From Geosiphon pyriformis uo1 (Eukaryota; Fungi; Glomeromycota), in contig JAAOMT010000602.1 of the NCBI GenBank assembly GCA_016748015.1, forward strand, positions 1,563,696 through 1,627,695: 64,000 nucleotides of DNA. The letters run 5' to 3'. How positions within the stretch are numbered: position 1 is the stretch's first letter; each line of letters begins with the position of its first letter. The notes beneath the pieces are model-generated. The model made no database searches, was not told the DNA's origin, and was given only the letters and a program-made list of their open reading frames with translations. Below are positions 1 to 13,730 of this stretch, piece after piece. Both the position numbers and the translations under genes were made by a program.

Positions 1-3000
1 GCCCAAAAAGTCAATTTTTTACCATTTAATTGTTTTTCAAAAAATTGAGTCGACCATTTCCCACTGAAAGAAGTTTAAGCTAGTTTTGTTTTATAAAAAT
101 TTTTGTCATACAATTAATAACGTTGAATTCATTATTAGAATTTCTTGGAGGAAGTGAATATGCAGTAGTGTCTTACTTGAAAAGTTACACAACGTGATGA
201 AAATAATATTTGATCAACTTTTGATATTCACAATTATACCATATCGAGAGGTTGTTGGGTTTTATAAAAAAAAAATTTGATGAATTAAAATAAAGTAAAA
301 AAAAAGATTGTTCTTGCTTGATTGATTGATTGATTGATTGATTGATTAATATATCAATAAACTATTTCTAAACACAATGAAAGCTAATCTGAATTTTTGA
401 TGGCCCATGAGATTCAAGAAGTGCGAAACAAACAAATTAATCTTTCATGAGATTGTTATCGTTGTTGCTTTCACACTATCAATATTTTTGTCATTTAAAG
501 ACCAATGAGAAGAATTTCATTTCGGCGTTTACCAAGATAGACTAAAACTGGATCAACAGTAGTTAATATTTAATTCTAATTTGAAGAGCATCACACTTAG
601 TTATTCGGAAAGCTCAATTTGTGTAATGATGAATTTCAAAATTTTCAAAGTAATATTCGCAATCTCAGCCAGCCCAAAAAAAGTAATCAAGGATTTCTAA
701 GGAATATTTATCGTTTTGAACCAGCTCAAAACAAGTAAAACGAGTAACTTCTATAACTTGCTCCCAGATCTTGAAATACTATTACGAGTTCATCAGGTGG
801 CTTGACAATGAAAGGTTACATCTGATATTATTAATATTATTTTAGATAATTTCCGTTTAATTATTGAACTTTTGAGTCTTATAATGACTTTTAGTTCTGT
901 TCATCTGGAAAGTAAATCTATACTCGTTTATTTTTTTCCCTAGAGATGCTACTAGAGTTGTGAAAACGTTTCTTCTTTTGAAAACCTCCTCCATTCCAAA
1001 TATTTTGTCTCACATACTCCTGTGAAAAAATGGATGAATCGATCACTGAATTCCGGTCATTCATTCTCTTGAAATTACATTCATGATAGTGATGAGAGAC
1101 GAAACATGTGCTTCTGCTCTTCCTGTAATTTTGGTAACCCAAGAAGATGGTGTTCTTGCTAAAAATTGGCGATGCACGCACAAATAGAATACCATTTGTA
1201 CTTTAATGATTGAGAATATTCCGAATGGTAGTCTTCCTCTTACAGTTGTCCAGTGACCATAGCACTACAACCTGATAATTTTGTTAAATACAAGACTTGT
1301 ATTCGAATAAAGGAAGGGTTTATCTTCAAAGAAAGATTATCACAAATTTTGTGATACTTTAAAAAGTTAAATAATTTTAAAAACCGAAAATGCGAATGAT
1401 TTTGTTCGTTTTCCAAATATTTTGTCTACTATTCATATTTGAGTTATTGTTTTTAAAGAAAAAAAGCTTATAATATTAAAAAAAAAATTACATAGCTACA
1501 TCAATTATTACAATTAAAGATAATGAAATGCTGACATAATTCTATTCAAAATAAATCATTAAATCTATAATTGATGAAATAATAAATATATTTTTTCATT
1601 GTTTAAGTTTTAAAAGATGATTAGTTTTGTGTTTTAAAAAATGAATTTCTATCAAAATACCATAATCTGAAAAAAGAATGAGATCTTTGAAATTTTATCG
1701 TATACACCGAAATAAAAGACCCGATGCTGGAAAGTACGCAATAGGAATTGTTTACGTAAATGTGTTTTATTTTCCAGAACGCCAACGTACTTGATAACAT
1801 GCATCAAAATGACGATATTCTAAATTCGAAAATCCCCAGTTAATTATAGAAATTTCAATGCTATTTAAAATATAAAAACAAATTTATTTTTGGAATTTTT
1901 ATATCTGTCAGCATTTTTCATAAATACCCCTTAATTACTTTTTCCTCATCGAATTCAAACCTGATTTTTGATTAGATAATTGTCGTAGATCTTTTAGGAG
2001 ATAGTTAGATTGAAAATGAAATTGAAAAATGATGACTTTTGTTTCTCGGTAGAAAATTTATATCTATTTTTATCAAACATTTTATATATATTAATTATAT
2101 TTTTCGGCTCTAATTCCTTATTACCAAAAGCTTTTTTTCGCAACAGTGGGACCTTTAACTAGGATTTAAATTGACATTAGTGTGTTCAATAAACCAAGTT
2201 TTAAACTAAAATTCGTCTTTGTAATTAAAATTTTAAAATAATAAGGTTTTAAGATCAAAGTTCATACAACAGAGTCTCAATTTTTGAGTCTTTTTAACAT
2301 TAGAAACGTCTCTTAGTTTTTGGGTGCGAATTCATCATAAATTCCCATTTTATAATTCGGGAATTTTTTATACCAGATAAATTTTTCACATATCATCATT
2401 ATTCTTTTTTCTAAAAACCTTTACTATTTTATGAAATAAAAATTCATTAGACAATACCTTTTATTTTTTACAAAACAATTTAAAGTATTATTTAAAAATA
2501 ACAACCAAAAAATTATATTAATTATCAATTTTATGAAATTAATAAAAAGATTTCAATTTAAAAAATATTTTTGAGCTCAAAAGTTAATTCATTTATTGAA
2601 ATAAATTTTACATTTTAACAAATATTATAATCAAAAATACAATTTTAATATCTATAAAACAAAAAAAAATTACAATTAATAGTTTTTTTTACCAAAAAAA
2701 ACAAAAATTGTTAATAAAAAAATTATTTTATCAAAAAATAAAGACACTATCAAGTTAATTAAAATTTTAATCTTGAAAAATTGTTATTATATTTCAAATA
2801 TATACTATTTAAATAGTTTAAAATTTAAGAAAATGTAAATATTCTGTTTATTATTAATAAATAATATAAAATTGTATCATGTTTAAATAAGATAAAATAA
2901 AATAAAATAATTGTTAATCTTTTTAACAAGTTTATTATGTACTATTTCTGAAATAGATTTTTCTGTTTTTTTATAATTTACAAATTTTTATTATTAAAAT

Positions 3001-5098
3001 TATTGTTTTATTGTTTAATATAAAAAAAACTGTATTATTTTTTGCTAATAATAAAAACATATTAAAAATTTGTTAAAATTGGTTATTAAAATTTTTTACT
3101 TAATTATGAGTTTTCTATTATTTTTTATGGTATAGTCCAATCTCTTAAAACTAGGTCATCATACATTAGACTATTAAATTTTTTAATTAAATTAATATTG
3201 TATTTTTTAAATTCAATTTATAATATAATGTAAAATAACTTAATAAAAAATAAGTTATTTTATTACATTTTAATATTTGTTTTAATAATTTAATTATTTT
3301 TTTATTAACAAATATAATAAACTTATTTTTAAATCTTTTCAAAAAGATTAGTAATGGTAATTTTAAAACAAATTTACATTATTTGAATACTTTATAAATT
3401 CAATTTGCTTTTTTATTTTTATTTATTTTAATAAAATTTTTTAATTTTAACCAAAACTCTGACAATTTTTTTTAATAATACTTTTTACTTATAAAATGAA
3501 TATCAATAAATATCAATAAATTACAAAAATTTATTAATTTTTTGATTAAATGTTTCAAAATTTATTTAGTAATTCTATTAAAGTATTTAAATTAATTTTA
3601 AAAAAGTATTAATTTTAAGTAAGATTAATATTTTAATATTTATTTATTTAAATAATTACTTGGACCTTAAATTTCAAAAGCGAATTAGAATAACAATAAT
3701 AAATTTACCTCGAGTAATATAAATTTATTTGTATTATTATATTAAAGTCATAAAACCTTAAATAAATTTATTATTAAAATTTTAATTTAAAAACAATAAT
3801 AAAAATAAGTTCTTAATTAAATTAAAAAAAGATTATTTTTTAGACATTACAATTTTTTTAATTATATAATAATTTTTTAAATATAAAAAAAGAACAATAT
3901 TTTGTACATAAATAGTCAGGTAAACTAAGTAATAACAAATTGAGCAAATAAAAATCAGAAATAATTTTGCTATCTTTTTAAATATTTGTAAATTTTTTTT
4001 AAAATATTTACATTAATTTTAGCACTTTCCAAATTCCGCTTTTATGTTACGAGCTTTATTAATATTTTTAAAAATATAGATTTAAATATTCAAATTAAAT
4101 AATCAAATAAATAAATAAAATATTGACTAAATAGACAATTGAGGCAATAACTTTTTATAAAATAAAAAATAAGAATAAAAAAGTTTAATATAATATATTT
4201 ACAATATTTAATCATATATTTAAATTAATATATACTCAATAATTAATATATCTTTTTTTGCTAATTCAGGAAAAGATAAAAGCCACATATTGTAAATTTC
4301 TTAAGCAATAATGAATACAATTTATATTTTTATAATGTTTATTACATATTTTTTATTCAATATGTTAAATTAATAAAAATATTGTTATATTTTATGTGAA
4401 TTGCTTTTTGATAAAACTTTTGAATCATAAATTACAATATTTCAAATATTTTTTGAGAAAATGTAAGCTTGTATATTCGAAATTATTAATAATTTAAAAA
4501 TTTTCAAGTATTTAGATGGCTTCATTCTAAAATTTAATGTAAAAAACATTTATTTTTTTAATTTTAATTGAGAATTAATATTTTGTTTATTTTAAAATTC
4601 TTTTATTGTACTAAATATTTAAGTAATTTCTACTTATTTTACTTTTAAATTGCTTAGTAACCTATAAATTTGAATTTCAAACAATTATTACCAATCATTT
4701 GATATTTATTTATTGAGTATTGTATTTTACTAAAAGATTTCATTTTGAGATTCTTGTAAAAGCATTAAAAATTTTTGATGACTGAAATTTGTCTAAGTAT
4801 ATAATACCTCCTGAGTATTCATTGTGTTTTATATTTTAGAAATAACCTTAATCCAATATGGCTTTCGTTTACCCTCAACCACATATATTCCCATAGTTTA
4901 TTGAGTTTGGTAATAAATTAGCTTGTTTTTTCTATACTCCTGATAAAATGTAAGCTTAGAAAGATCGGTCTGTATTAAATTTAATGTAAGCAATTTTTAT
5001 TTATTTCCAAATAATGGTTCATAGGGTAAACCTATTCAGAATGTACTGCGTTTAAAATATAAAAAATTCTGTAGGTACAAATTTCGAATTTTGGGATC

Positions 5099-6439
5099 CT
5101 ACTTAGCCGAAGCTTTAGAAAATATATAGTTTTTCGTGATTTGAAAAACTTCATAATCATCAAATAAAAATTCTACCGCTCTTTTTTCGGACCCAGGCAT
5201 TATAATGTGCTCATAATTTGCTTCCTTTAGACAAATGCATGGAATAGATTGAAAATTAAAACTATATGTTCGAATACTACCACAGCCAAATTGNNNNNNN
5301 NNNNNNNNNNNNNNNNNNNNNNNNNNNNNNNNNNNNNNNNNNNNNNNNNNNNNNNNNNNNNNNNNNNNNNNNNNNNNNNNNNNNNNNNNNNNNNNNNNNN
5401 NNNNNNNNNNNNNNNNNNNNNNNNNNNNNNNNNNNNNNNNNNNNNNNNNNNNNNNNNNNNNNNNNNNNNNNNNNNNNNNNNNNNNNNNNNNNNNNNNNNN
5501 AAACCGTAATGACTGAGCGTCAAGAGATGTTTGATGACTCCCCGGTACTAGATAATGGTGTAAAAGATCTTCATATAAGGTTCCAGGTAAAATTCTAGCA
5601 AATGGCTTTACTTTATAATAAAAGTCAACTGAAGATATATTGAAGAACCGGATTAAAGGTAGAAATTCTCCAATAGATTCCTTAAAAGCTTCAAAGTTTT
5701 CATCTGTCCAATTAAGAACTTTATCCAATTGAATCCCATTGCTTAATTTAGCTGCTCCCCATTCTAAAATCTTTTTCCATATTTCAATTTCTTCCATATT
5801 TAAGTCATCCCGAGATAAAATTGAGCAAAGAGCATTTTTATTAAGAGAGGTAAAATCTTGAGAGTTAAAGACTGTAGCTGGATTGTTGACAGCTATTTCG
5901 GTGCAGAACTTTTGTAGCTTATTGAACGAATGATGGTTGAAGGATGTTTCATTAAAAGTGGTAAAATTTTTTTCCAAATCTGTTGCATGGTGTTCAATTA
6001 GATAATCTTCAAGGAGATCAATAAGGTTTTCTAGAATAAGTTCATCAGCGACAATAAGCAATTCTAAGATTGTAAGTGCTCCGTGTTCATTAAGAGATAT
6101 TTCACCACTATAAATGTATCTAGATAAAATAAAAAAATTAAATACTCATGAATAGAAATATTAAGCCAACAAAATTACTCACCGAAGAATCACCTCAAAA
6201 ATATCGGGCGATATATTAGGCTTAGAAAAGACGATAGTGTTATTTTCTCTTTTAACCAAATCACTAGAGAGCGCTACAGCAAAATACAAGGATCTTGCTA
6301 CTAAAATTTGTGAATGAACATGAAAAATTCTAATATTAGGCGCTTCGCCAACAGCAATCCTAACATCAGAAAAATTCTGACTATTCAATAAGCTCTTAAA
6401 ATCGTGAGATAAAGTGTGAAAGAGTTGTTGGGGTGCCAT
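5099..6439 (-). CDS. BTB/POZ-BACK-TLDc domain protein, copy 1 (exons 6439-6183, 6119-5099; N-gap 5294-5500)
   Basis: BTB start FSDVRIAVGE..FHVHSQILVARSLYF. A 63-nt GTGAGT..CTAG intron (6182-6120) joins EVILR to YIYSGEISL in frame. BACK motif SRDDLNMEEIEIWKKILEWG; TLDc C-terminus DDYEVFQI. Confidence 0.88.
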
Positions 6440-8083
6440 TGATAAGATATAAGAAGTTTAAAATAATATGTTTTAAAAAGAAGGGTATTTAAATTATTAA
6501 TATGCATTGGTTACCATAAATGATCAACCTGCTGCAGGAAATTTTATAAAAAGGTAATAATTCCCTTATCATTTAAGTTCTTTTAGCAGAAAACTTTTAT
6601 ATACCCCAAGTCCATTAAAACTAATTTTATTTCGAAGTTTCAAGAAATTCCCACTGTAAGTTAAATTGCATTTTTGAGGAACAAGGATAATATCCCAAAA
6701 ACACTTATCATACAACAACATATTAGTATTTTTTAGAAGTTTTCTTTATTTAAATCAAAATCCACCAAAAATAACCTACATTCCTTTAAAAATAAGATTA
6801 TAAAAGCTGTGCTAAATACTATACACAAATAAAATTTAATCAAAGAAACTTTCGATGTGAATAAACAAATAAATTCATTATATTGATTAAATATATCATG
6901 CTTAATAATTTATTATTCATTATTTTTATTACTATAAATAAAAAATATTTTTTAAATTTCATACAATAATTATTAAATTGTGATTAATAAATTTTGAATT
7001 TAAATATTCGTAATGACTACTTTAAATTTTTATAATAATAATTAAAATTTCTAATAAAAAAAACCAATGTGAAATAATATATAAATATTTATTTTAAATT
7101 CTAATTTATATTGCCTATTAATTTTCAAATTAAATATTGATTTAGAATTTATGTAAAATGATAAGCTAAAGTACAGCTGATATAGCAATATGTTTGAATC
7201 GGCATTATTAAAATTCAATATTAAATGTTATTCTTTATGTTTTCAGTTTTAATATTCATGTCTATTATTTATTTGAATTTTTTTGAACACATTTTTTTCA
7301 TTATTTCATTTCTTGTTTTTTTGTTTGTTTTACAATAATATTTTTAAACTAGTTTTTATTTTTTTATTTTTTTATTAATAAAAAAAACTTAGAAAAAACT
7401 TGAAAACATTATTTTTAAATAAATTTATTGAATATATTATTGTAATAAGTAGAATTAAAAAGCAAATATATATATATTACTATAAAAAACTAATATATAA
7501 TACATAAAATACAGTTGCTTAATTTTAATAAGATTAAAATAGCCTATTTGAATAACAATTAATAATATTTTAAACTTTTATTTATCTTAGTTCTTAATTA
7601 TTATAACCGGCTCAATTTATAGATTAAAAAGTTTAGTTAATAAAAGAGATAATAACAAAATATTTAAATTCTTCTAACAGGAATATGTGTGTTAATATAG
7701 CTTTTATTGTTTTTTTTTTAAACTAAAAATTTTGATTTAATCAACAAAAAATGATTTTTGAACATAGAAAATGAAATTTTTTGTTATTTTGCATTTTGAT
7801 GCAAAAAATAGTTTACTATTAAGTTAAAATCTTAGATTTAAATCATGAAAAATAAAAAAATTTATGAATTAAATAGCTTAAGAGGTTTTTTGAATTTATA
7901 AAGTTCTTGGCAAAACACAATAATATTGACATTTATAAATGTCAATTCATCTTTTTTACATTTATAAATATTAAATTTGTCTTATTTATATTCACAATTA
8001 GTTTCAAACTTTATCTAAATTTTTATTCTATTAAATGCTCTTCTGTAATTTTAAAAGAAAAATGAGATGTATATAAAATAGTA

Positions 8084-9485
8084 CAGTCAAACCTAAAATA
8101 ACTCATACTGAAATAACTCATAACCTGTGATAAGCCATAACATTTTGAATCTACCAATTTGGTAGTTAAAAAATTCCTATGTTTATAACCCATACCTGTG
8201 ATACTCAATAACCCATAACTTTTTACTATTAGTATGGGTTATCTCAGATGCTAGATTTAGTTTAAATTCTGCTAATTTTGGTAAAATTGCAGTAAAGCAA
8301 ACCAATATTTCTGTGACTAAAAATGCTATATGATAATGTAACATCACTTATTCAACAGAATGATCATTGATTATATAAGTTATCAAGTCGGAGTTTCGAA
8401 TTGTCCCAAGTTCTAAATTATCATTGATTGTATGAGCAATCAAGTCGGAGTTTCGAATTGTTCTAAGTTTTAAATTATTATTGACTTTGTGAATAATCAA
8501 GTTGGAGTTTTAAATTGTCCCAAGTTCTAAATTATTATCAATTGTGTGAGTAATCAAATTAGAGTTTCGAATTGTTCCAAGTTTTAAATTATTATCAATT
8601 GTGTGAGTAATTAAGTCAGATTTTTGGATCAGCCCTATCTGATCAGAGTCTTAATCATACTTTTCCTTTGCCTTTTGATTCCACCATGTCTAATACCAAA
8701 AAGCATACTATCTCTTTAGCTTGTGTTTCACAAAGTTGTGAGAATGCTACACTACATGATAAGCTTATAGTGCTTGATTGATATCATGCAAATGATAAAA
8801 ACCAATTAAAAACTGCAAGGCACTGCAAGGAAAACGGTTTTCCATATATGAAACAGCCTCTAGTTTCGGCTTGGGTCAAAGATGAACCAAATCTTCATCC
8901 ATGACCAAATACAATGCGTGACTTGACTAGCAAGCATATATGCACAGTATGTAATCCTGACTTTGATAAAGCACTTATTATTTTTGTTCAAGAGGCAGAA
9001 TCGCATGGAATAATACTTACTGGAGATGTAATTCGAGCTGCTGGCATAAAATTCTATGATCAATTAGATATTCCAAAAAATAAGCACCAAAAAATATCTA
9101 ATGACTGGCTTGAAAGCTTTAAAGACCGTATTGGCTTGCATTCGCTTCACTTTTATGGTAATGCATCATTAGCTAATATTGAGCATATTGAAGATAAGTA
9201 AGTGCATGTAATGACACTTCTTGCTAATTAGAAGTTATGCGAGATTTTTAATATAGATGAAACTGCACTATTTTATGCCATATTACCAAATTAAGATCTT
9301 GTTACAATACTATGTCATAGCACCAAACAATTAAAAGTGCAATTAACACTTGCCTTTACAACCAATACTGATAGAACTGAGTGTTTGCCACCACTTATTA
9401 TTGGTCATGCTAAATGTCCATGCTGTTTTCAAAAAAAAACAGGAGAGCAACTTGGTTTCTAGTATTATTTAAACACTTGTGCTTA
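8084..9485 (+). mobile_element. pogo/Tigger-like (CENP-B HTH + DDE_1) DNA transposon, 5' part, decayed
   Basis: TA|CAGTCAAACCT terminus at 8082-8094. ATG near 8686. CENP-B/Tc5 HTH (LTGDVIRAAG..ISNDWLESFKDR), first catalytic motif IFNIDETALFY (9244-9276), then LTLAFTTNTD..LPPLIIGHAK..KKTGEQLGF. Several stops; truncated near 9485. Confidence 0.85.
8363..8625. repeat. 57-bp tandem repeat, about 4.5-5 units, in the pogo 5' UTR
   Basis: TCAAGTCGGAGTTTCGAATTG-like core recurs at 8383, 8440, 8497, 8554 and 8611 (period 57). Confidence 0.9.
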
Positions 9486-9519
9486 ATAGATCTTCTATAT
9501 CAGGTATTTTATAATCATC

Positions 9520-10170
9520 AAGTTCTATGACGCAAAATTTCTCTTCCAATACACAAGGGATAAAAAATCGTTTTTTCAAATAAATATCCTAAAGGCCCCA
9601 AAACTTGGATTTGTAGCTGCAACAAAGTATATCCATTGCTGTAAGTCTACAGCACCTCATTGGGTTAAAAGGTAAGGGAAACAAAAGACCTAAGTGATCA
9701 ACCAAAAGCTGGTCGAAATCGAATCATGGCCCTTAAACATTGTATAACTTATAAAAAAAAATTCATCTAATCACCACTAATATACAATAGAAAATGAAAA
9801 ACAAAAGTTTAACTTTAGTATAGACCCTATTCAACAACGTTTATGTGAAGGTAAAGCTAAATATAGCTAAGCTTTCCAAACCTTTACTCACTGACAAACA
9901 TAAAAAAATTGCTTGCAGTGGGCTAAAAATTAAAAAAGTTTTGACTGGAATCGAGTTGTATTTTTAGACAACAGAACATTTCATCTAAACCACCCAACAT
10001 TAAAAGTTTGACAGTTTTCTGGACGAAAAAAATTATTTCGGCCTATGAAATACTATTAAAGATCAACGTATGAAACTATTTTACAGCTTTGGGTTTGTAC
10101 TCTGGCTAGCTTTTAACACAATCTCAATGATAACTTTTTCATTACAATATACAAACAACATATGTCTCTT
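9520..10170 (+). mobile_element. Tc1/mariner transposase remnant
   Basis: Across frameshifts it reads KYIHCCKST..KDLSDQPKAGRNR, then KPLLTDKH..CLQWAKN*KSFDWNRVVFLD..TFHLN (Tc1 'W..V.FSDE' motif). Confidence 0.75.
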
Positions 10171-10361
10171 ATAAACGAATTTAAATTTACAAAAATTTAT
10201 TTATTAGTTAAATTAAGATTTTATTTAGAGTTTTATTATTAGTTATTATTAAATTACAAGTTTTATTATTTAGTTCTACATAATAAAACATTACACAAAT
10301 AAAGAAGGGCTAAAAACTTTTCAAAATTACTTTAATTGCTTTCAAGGTTTCAAGGACTTTT

Positions 10362-12621
10362 GTCATCTATAAAAAAAATGTATATATGAGTATTGTTACA
10401 TGATCAAGTTTGTATTTGCGATTAATCAAGAAGAAAAATGCGCATGCAATAGACCTTTAATAATCTGGTGTGCCATAAGGAGTTTGTTGAAAACATTCCT
10501 CTTTTATCATTAAGAAGACCATGGCCAACTTCATTGAACACCTGATAAACCTTCAATCATCTGGTGTGTGGCAAGAAGTTTGTTAGAAACATTCCTTTTC
10601 TATTGTTAAAAAGACCACGGCCGACTTTCCAGTGAAACTCACCTTGAAAAAGATACATAAAAACAAAGAGAGAGAGAAAAAAGGCAGGAAGGAAGGACAA
10701 AGGCTTTTTGCTGTAAATAAGTTATCTATAAAAAACATGTATATATGAGTATTGTCACATGATCAAGTTTGTATTTGCGATTAATCAAGAAGAAAAATGT
10801 GCACGCGATAGTCCTTCAATCATCTGGTGTGCTGTAAGAGGTTTGTTGGAAACATTCCTCTTCTATTATTAAGAAGACCACAGCAACTTTCATTGAACAC
10901 CTGATAGACCTTCAAGTGAAACTCACCTTGAAAAAGTTACATAAGAACAAAGAAAGAGAGAAGAAGAGCAGAAAGGGAGGACAAAAGTCTTTTGGTGTAA
11001 ATAAGTCATCTATAAAAAACATGTATATATGAGTATTGTCACATGATCAAGTTTGTATTTGTGATTAATCAAGAAGAAAAATGTGCATGCGATAGTTTTT
11101 CAATCATCTGGTGTGCTGTATGGGTTTGTTAGAAACATCCCTCTTCTATTGTTAAGGAGACCACGGCCGACTCTCATTGAACACCTGATAGACCTTCAAT
11201 CATTTGGTGTGGCGCAAGGGGCTTGTAGAAACATTTCTCTTCCATCGTTAAGAAAACCACGGCCAACTTTCGCTGATTATCTAATAGATTTTCAATTATC
11301 TGGTGTGCTGCAAGGGGTTTGTTGGAAACATTCCTCCCTTATCATTAAGAAGACCATGGCTAACTTTTGCTGATCACCCAATAGATCTTCGACCTTCTGG
11401 TGTGCCACAAGGGGTTTGTTGTAAACATTCATCTTCAATCAATAAGAAGACCATGGCCAACTTTCGCTGATCACCCGATAGATTTAAATCATCTGGCGTG
11501 CTGCAAGGGATTTGTTAGAAACATTCCTCTTCTATCGCTAAGAAGACCATGGCCAACTTTCGCTGATCACCCAATAGATCTTCAATCTTCTGGTGTGCCA
11601 CAAGGGGTTTGTTGTAAACATTCCTCTTCAATCGATAAGAAGACCACAGCCAACTTTCACTGATCACCTGATAAATTTCAATCATCTGGCATGCCGCAAA
11701 GAGTTTGTTAGAAACATTCCTCTTCTATCGCTAAAAAGACCACGGCCAACTTTCGCTGATCACTTGATAGATTTCAATCATTTGGCGTGCTGCAAGGGGT
11801 TTGTTAAAAACATTCCTCTTCTATCGCTAAGAAGACCACAGCCAACTTTCGCTGATCACCCGATAGATTTAAATCATCTGGCGTGCTGCAAGGGGTTTGT
11901 TAGAAACATTCTTTTTCTATCACTAAGAAGACTACGGCCAACTTTTGCTGATTACCTGATAGGTTTAAATCATCTGGCGTGCCACAAGGGGTTTGTTAGA
12001 AACATTTCTTTTCTATCGCTAAGAAGACCACGGCCAACTTTCGCTGATTACCTAATAGGTTTAAATCATCTGGCGTGCCACAAGGAGTTTGTTGGAAACA
12101 TTCCTCTTCTATCGCTAAGAAGACCATGGCCAACTTTCACTGATCACCCAATAGATCTTCGATCTTCTGGTGTGCCGCAAGGGGTTTGTTGTAAACATTC
12201 CTCTTCAATCAATAAGAAAACCACGGCCAACTTTCGCTGATTACCTGATAGATTTAAATTATCTGGTGTGCCACAAGGGGTTTGTTGGAAACATTCCTCT
12301 TCAATCGATAAGAAGACCACGGCCAACTTCATTGATCACCTGATAGACCTTCAATTATCTGGTGTGCCACAAGGGACTTGTTAGAAACATTCCTTTTCTA
12401 TTGTTAAAAAGACCATGGCCAACTTTCATTGAACACCTGATAGCTCTTCCAGCGAAACTCACCTTGAAAAAGTTACATAACAAAGAGAGAGAGAAAGGAC
12501 AGGAAGGGAGGACAAATGGCTTTTGTTGTAAATAAGTCATCTATAAAAAAGATGCATATGAGTATTGTCACATGATCAAGTTTGTATTTGTGATTAATCA
12601 AAAAGAAAAATGTGCACGCGA
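10362..12621. repeat. Composite tandem array: about 17 units of 96/97 bp, interrupted or flanked by 4 copies of a ~180-bp module
   Basis: CCACGGCC-type core recurs at 11161, 11257, 11354, 11451, 11547, 11644, 11740, 11836, 11932, 12028, 12124, 12221, 12317 and 12413. The module (GAAACTCACCTTGAAAAAG...GATCAAGTTTGTATTTG) occurs near 10362 (partial), 10630, 10915 and 12449. Confidence 0.93.
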
Positions 12622-12764
12622 CAAGTCCAAGATAATTGTAGAGGACAATTATCTTAAAAAATTGCCTGAAAAAATCTTTTTTTTCATTTTTTTATTTTTT
12701 TATTTTTTAACGCTTAAACTATTTAACAAGCACAATACCCAGCGAAATTCACCTTATATAGGAA

Positions 12765-13165
12765 TGAAGAGAGAGAAAAGAACAGGAAGGGAGAACAAAA
12801 AAAAAAAAAAAAANNNNNNNNNNNNNNNNNNNNGAAAAAAAAAAAAAAAAAAAAAAAGAGAGAATGGAAGAAATGAGGGACAAAAAAAAGGAAGGGAAAA
12901 AATGAAGGAAAAGAAGTGATAAAGAAAGGAAAAAAAGAAAGGGAAGTGATAAAGAAGAGAAGAAGTGAAGCGATAAAGAAAGGAAAAAGTGATAAAGAAA
13001 GGAAGAAGCGATAAAGAAAGGAAGAAAAGGAAAGGAAGTGATAAAGAAAAGAAGAGAAGAAAGAGAGGTAATAAAGGAAGGAAAGGAACGAAGGGAAGCG
13101 AAGTGATAAATAAATGAAGAGAGGTAATAAGGGGAAGGAATGGAACGATAAAGGAAGCAAGGACT
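12765..13165 (+). repeat. Polypurine low-complexity tract (GAAGTGATAAAGAA-like units) with a 20-N gap
   Basis: Almost purely A/G on the + strand. Confidence 0.85.
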
Positions 13166-13303
13166 GTTTTTATATAAAAAATTTTTTGAATTATTAAGTC
13201 ATTCGTTATAAATATAGCCCTGCCTTCGAAATAATGTGATTTTAGAACAGCAGCTCATCTTAACCAAAAAAGAATTTGTTGTTTTGATCAAAAATATTTT
13301 TAA

Positions 13304-13730
13304 TCACTATTTTTTTTATGAGCGAAGATAAAGTGGAAGATAGAAAATGTCTATCAATATCTATCTCATGTTAGCTGTTCCAGGTTCACACAAAACTACA
13401 TGGGCATAAAGCACGAACTCCGAACCCTTAAAAGTTTTCTAAGTACTAATTTTTTTTATGAGTGAAGATAAAGTAGAAGATAGAAAATGTCTATCAATAT
13501 CTATCTCATGTTAGCTGTTCCAGGTTCACACAAAACTACATGGGTGTAAAGTATGAACTCTGAACTCTTAAAAGTTTTCTAAGCACTAATTTTTTTTATG
13601 AGCAAAGATAAAGTGGAAGATAGAAAATGTCTATCAATATCTATCTCATGTTAACTGTTCCAGGTTCACACAAAACTACATGGGCGTAAAACACAAACTC
13701 CGAACCTTTAAAATTTTCCTAAGCGAAGAA
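13304..13730. repeat. 140-bp tandem repeat x3
   Basis: AG(C/T)(G/A)AAGATAAAGT starts at 13321, 13461 and 13601. Confidence 0.93.

Noticed and set aside
540-1270. Coding-like stretch and ORF 918-1181
   Set aside because: No recognisable motif and no consistent spliced model.
11083-12540. Cys/His-containing repeat ORFs (up to 215 aa) and a CRISPR-like appearance
   Set aside because: The ORFs follow from the 96-bp periodicity and are broken by the 97-bp units. There are no unique spacers or cas genes, and the context is eukaryotic.
12572-13160. K/E-rich and F/S/L-rich ORFs
   Set aside because: Translations of a polypurine tract that spans a gap.
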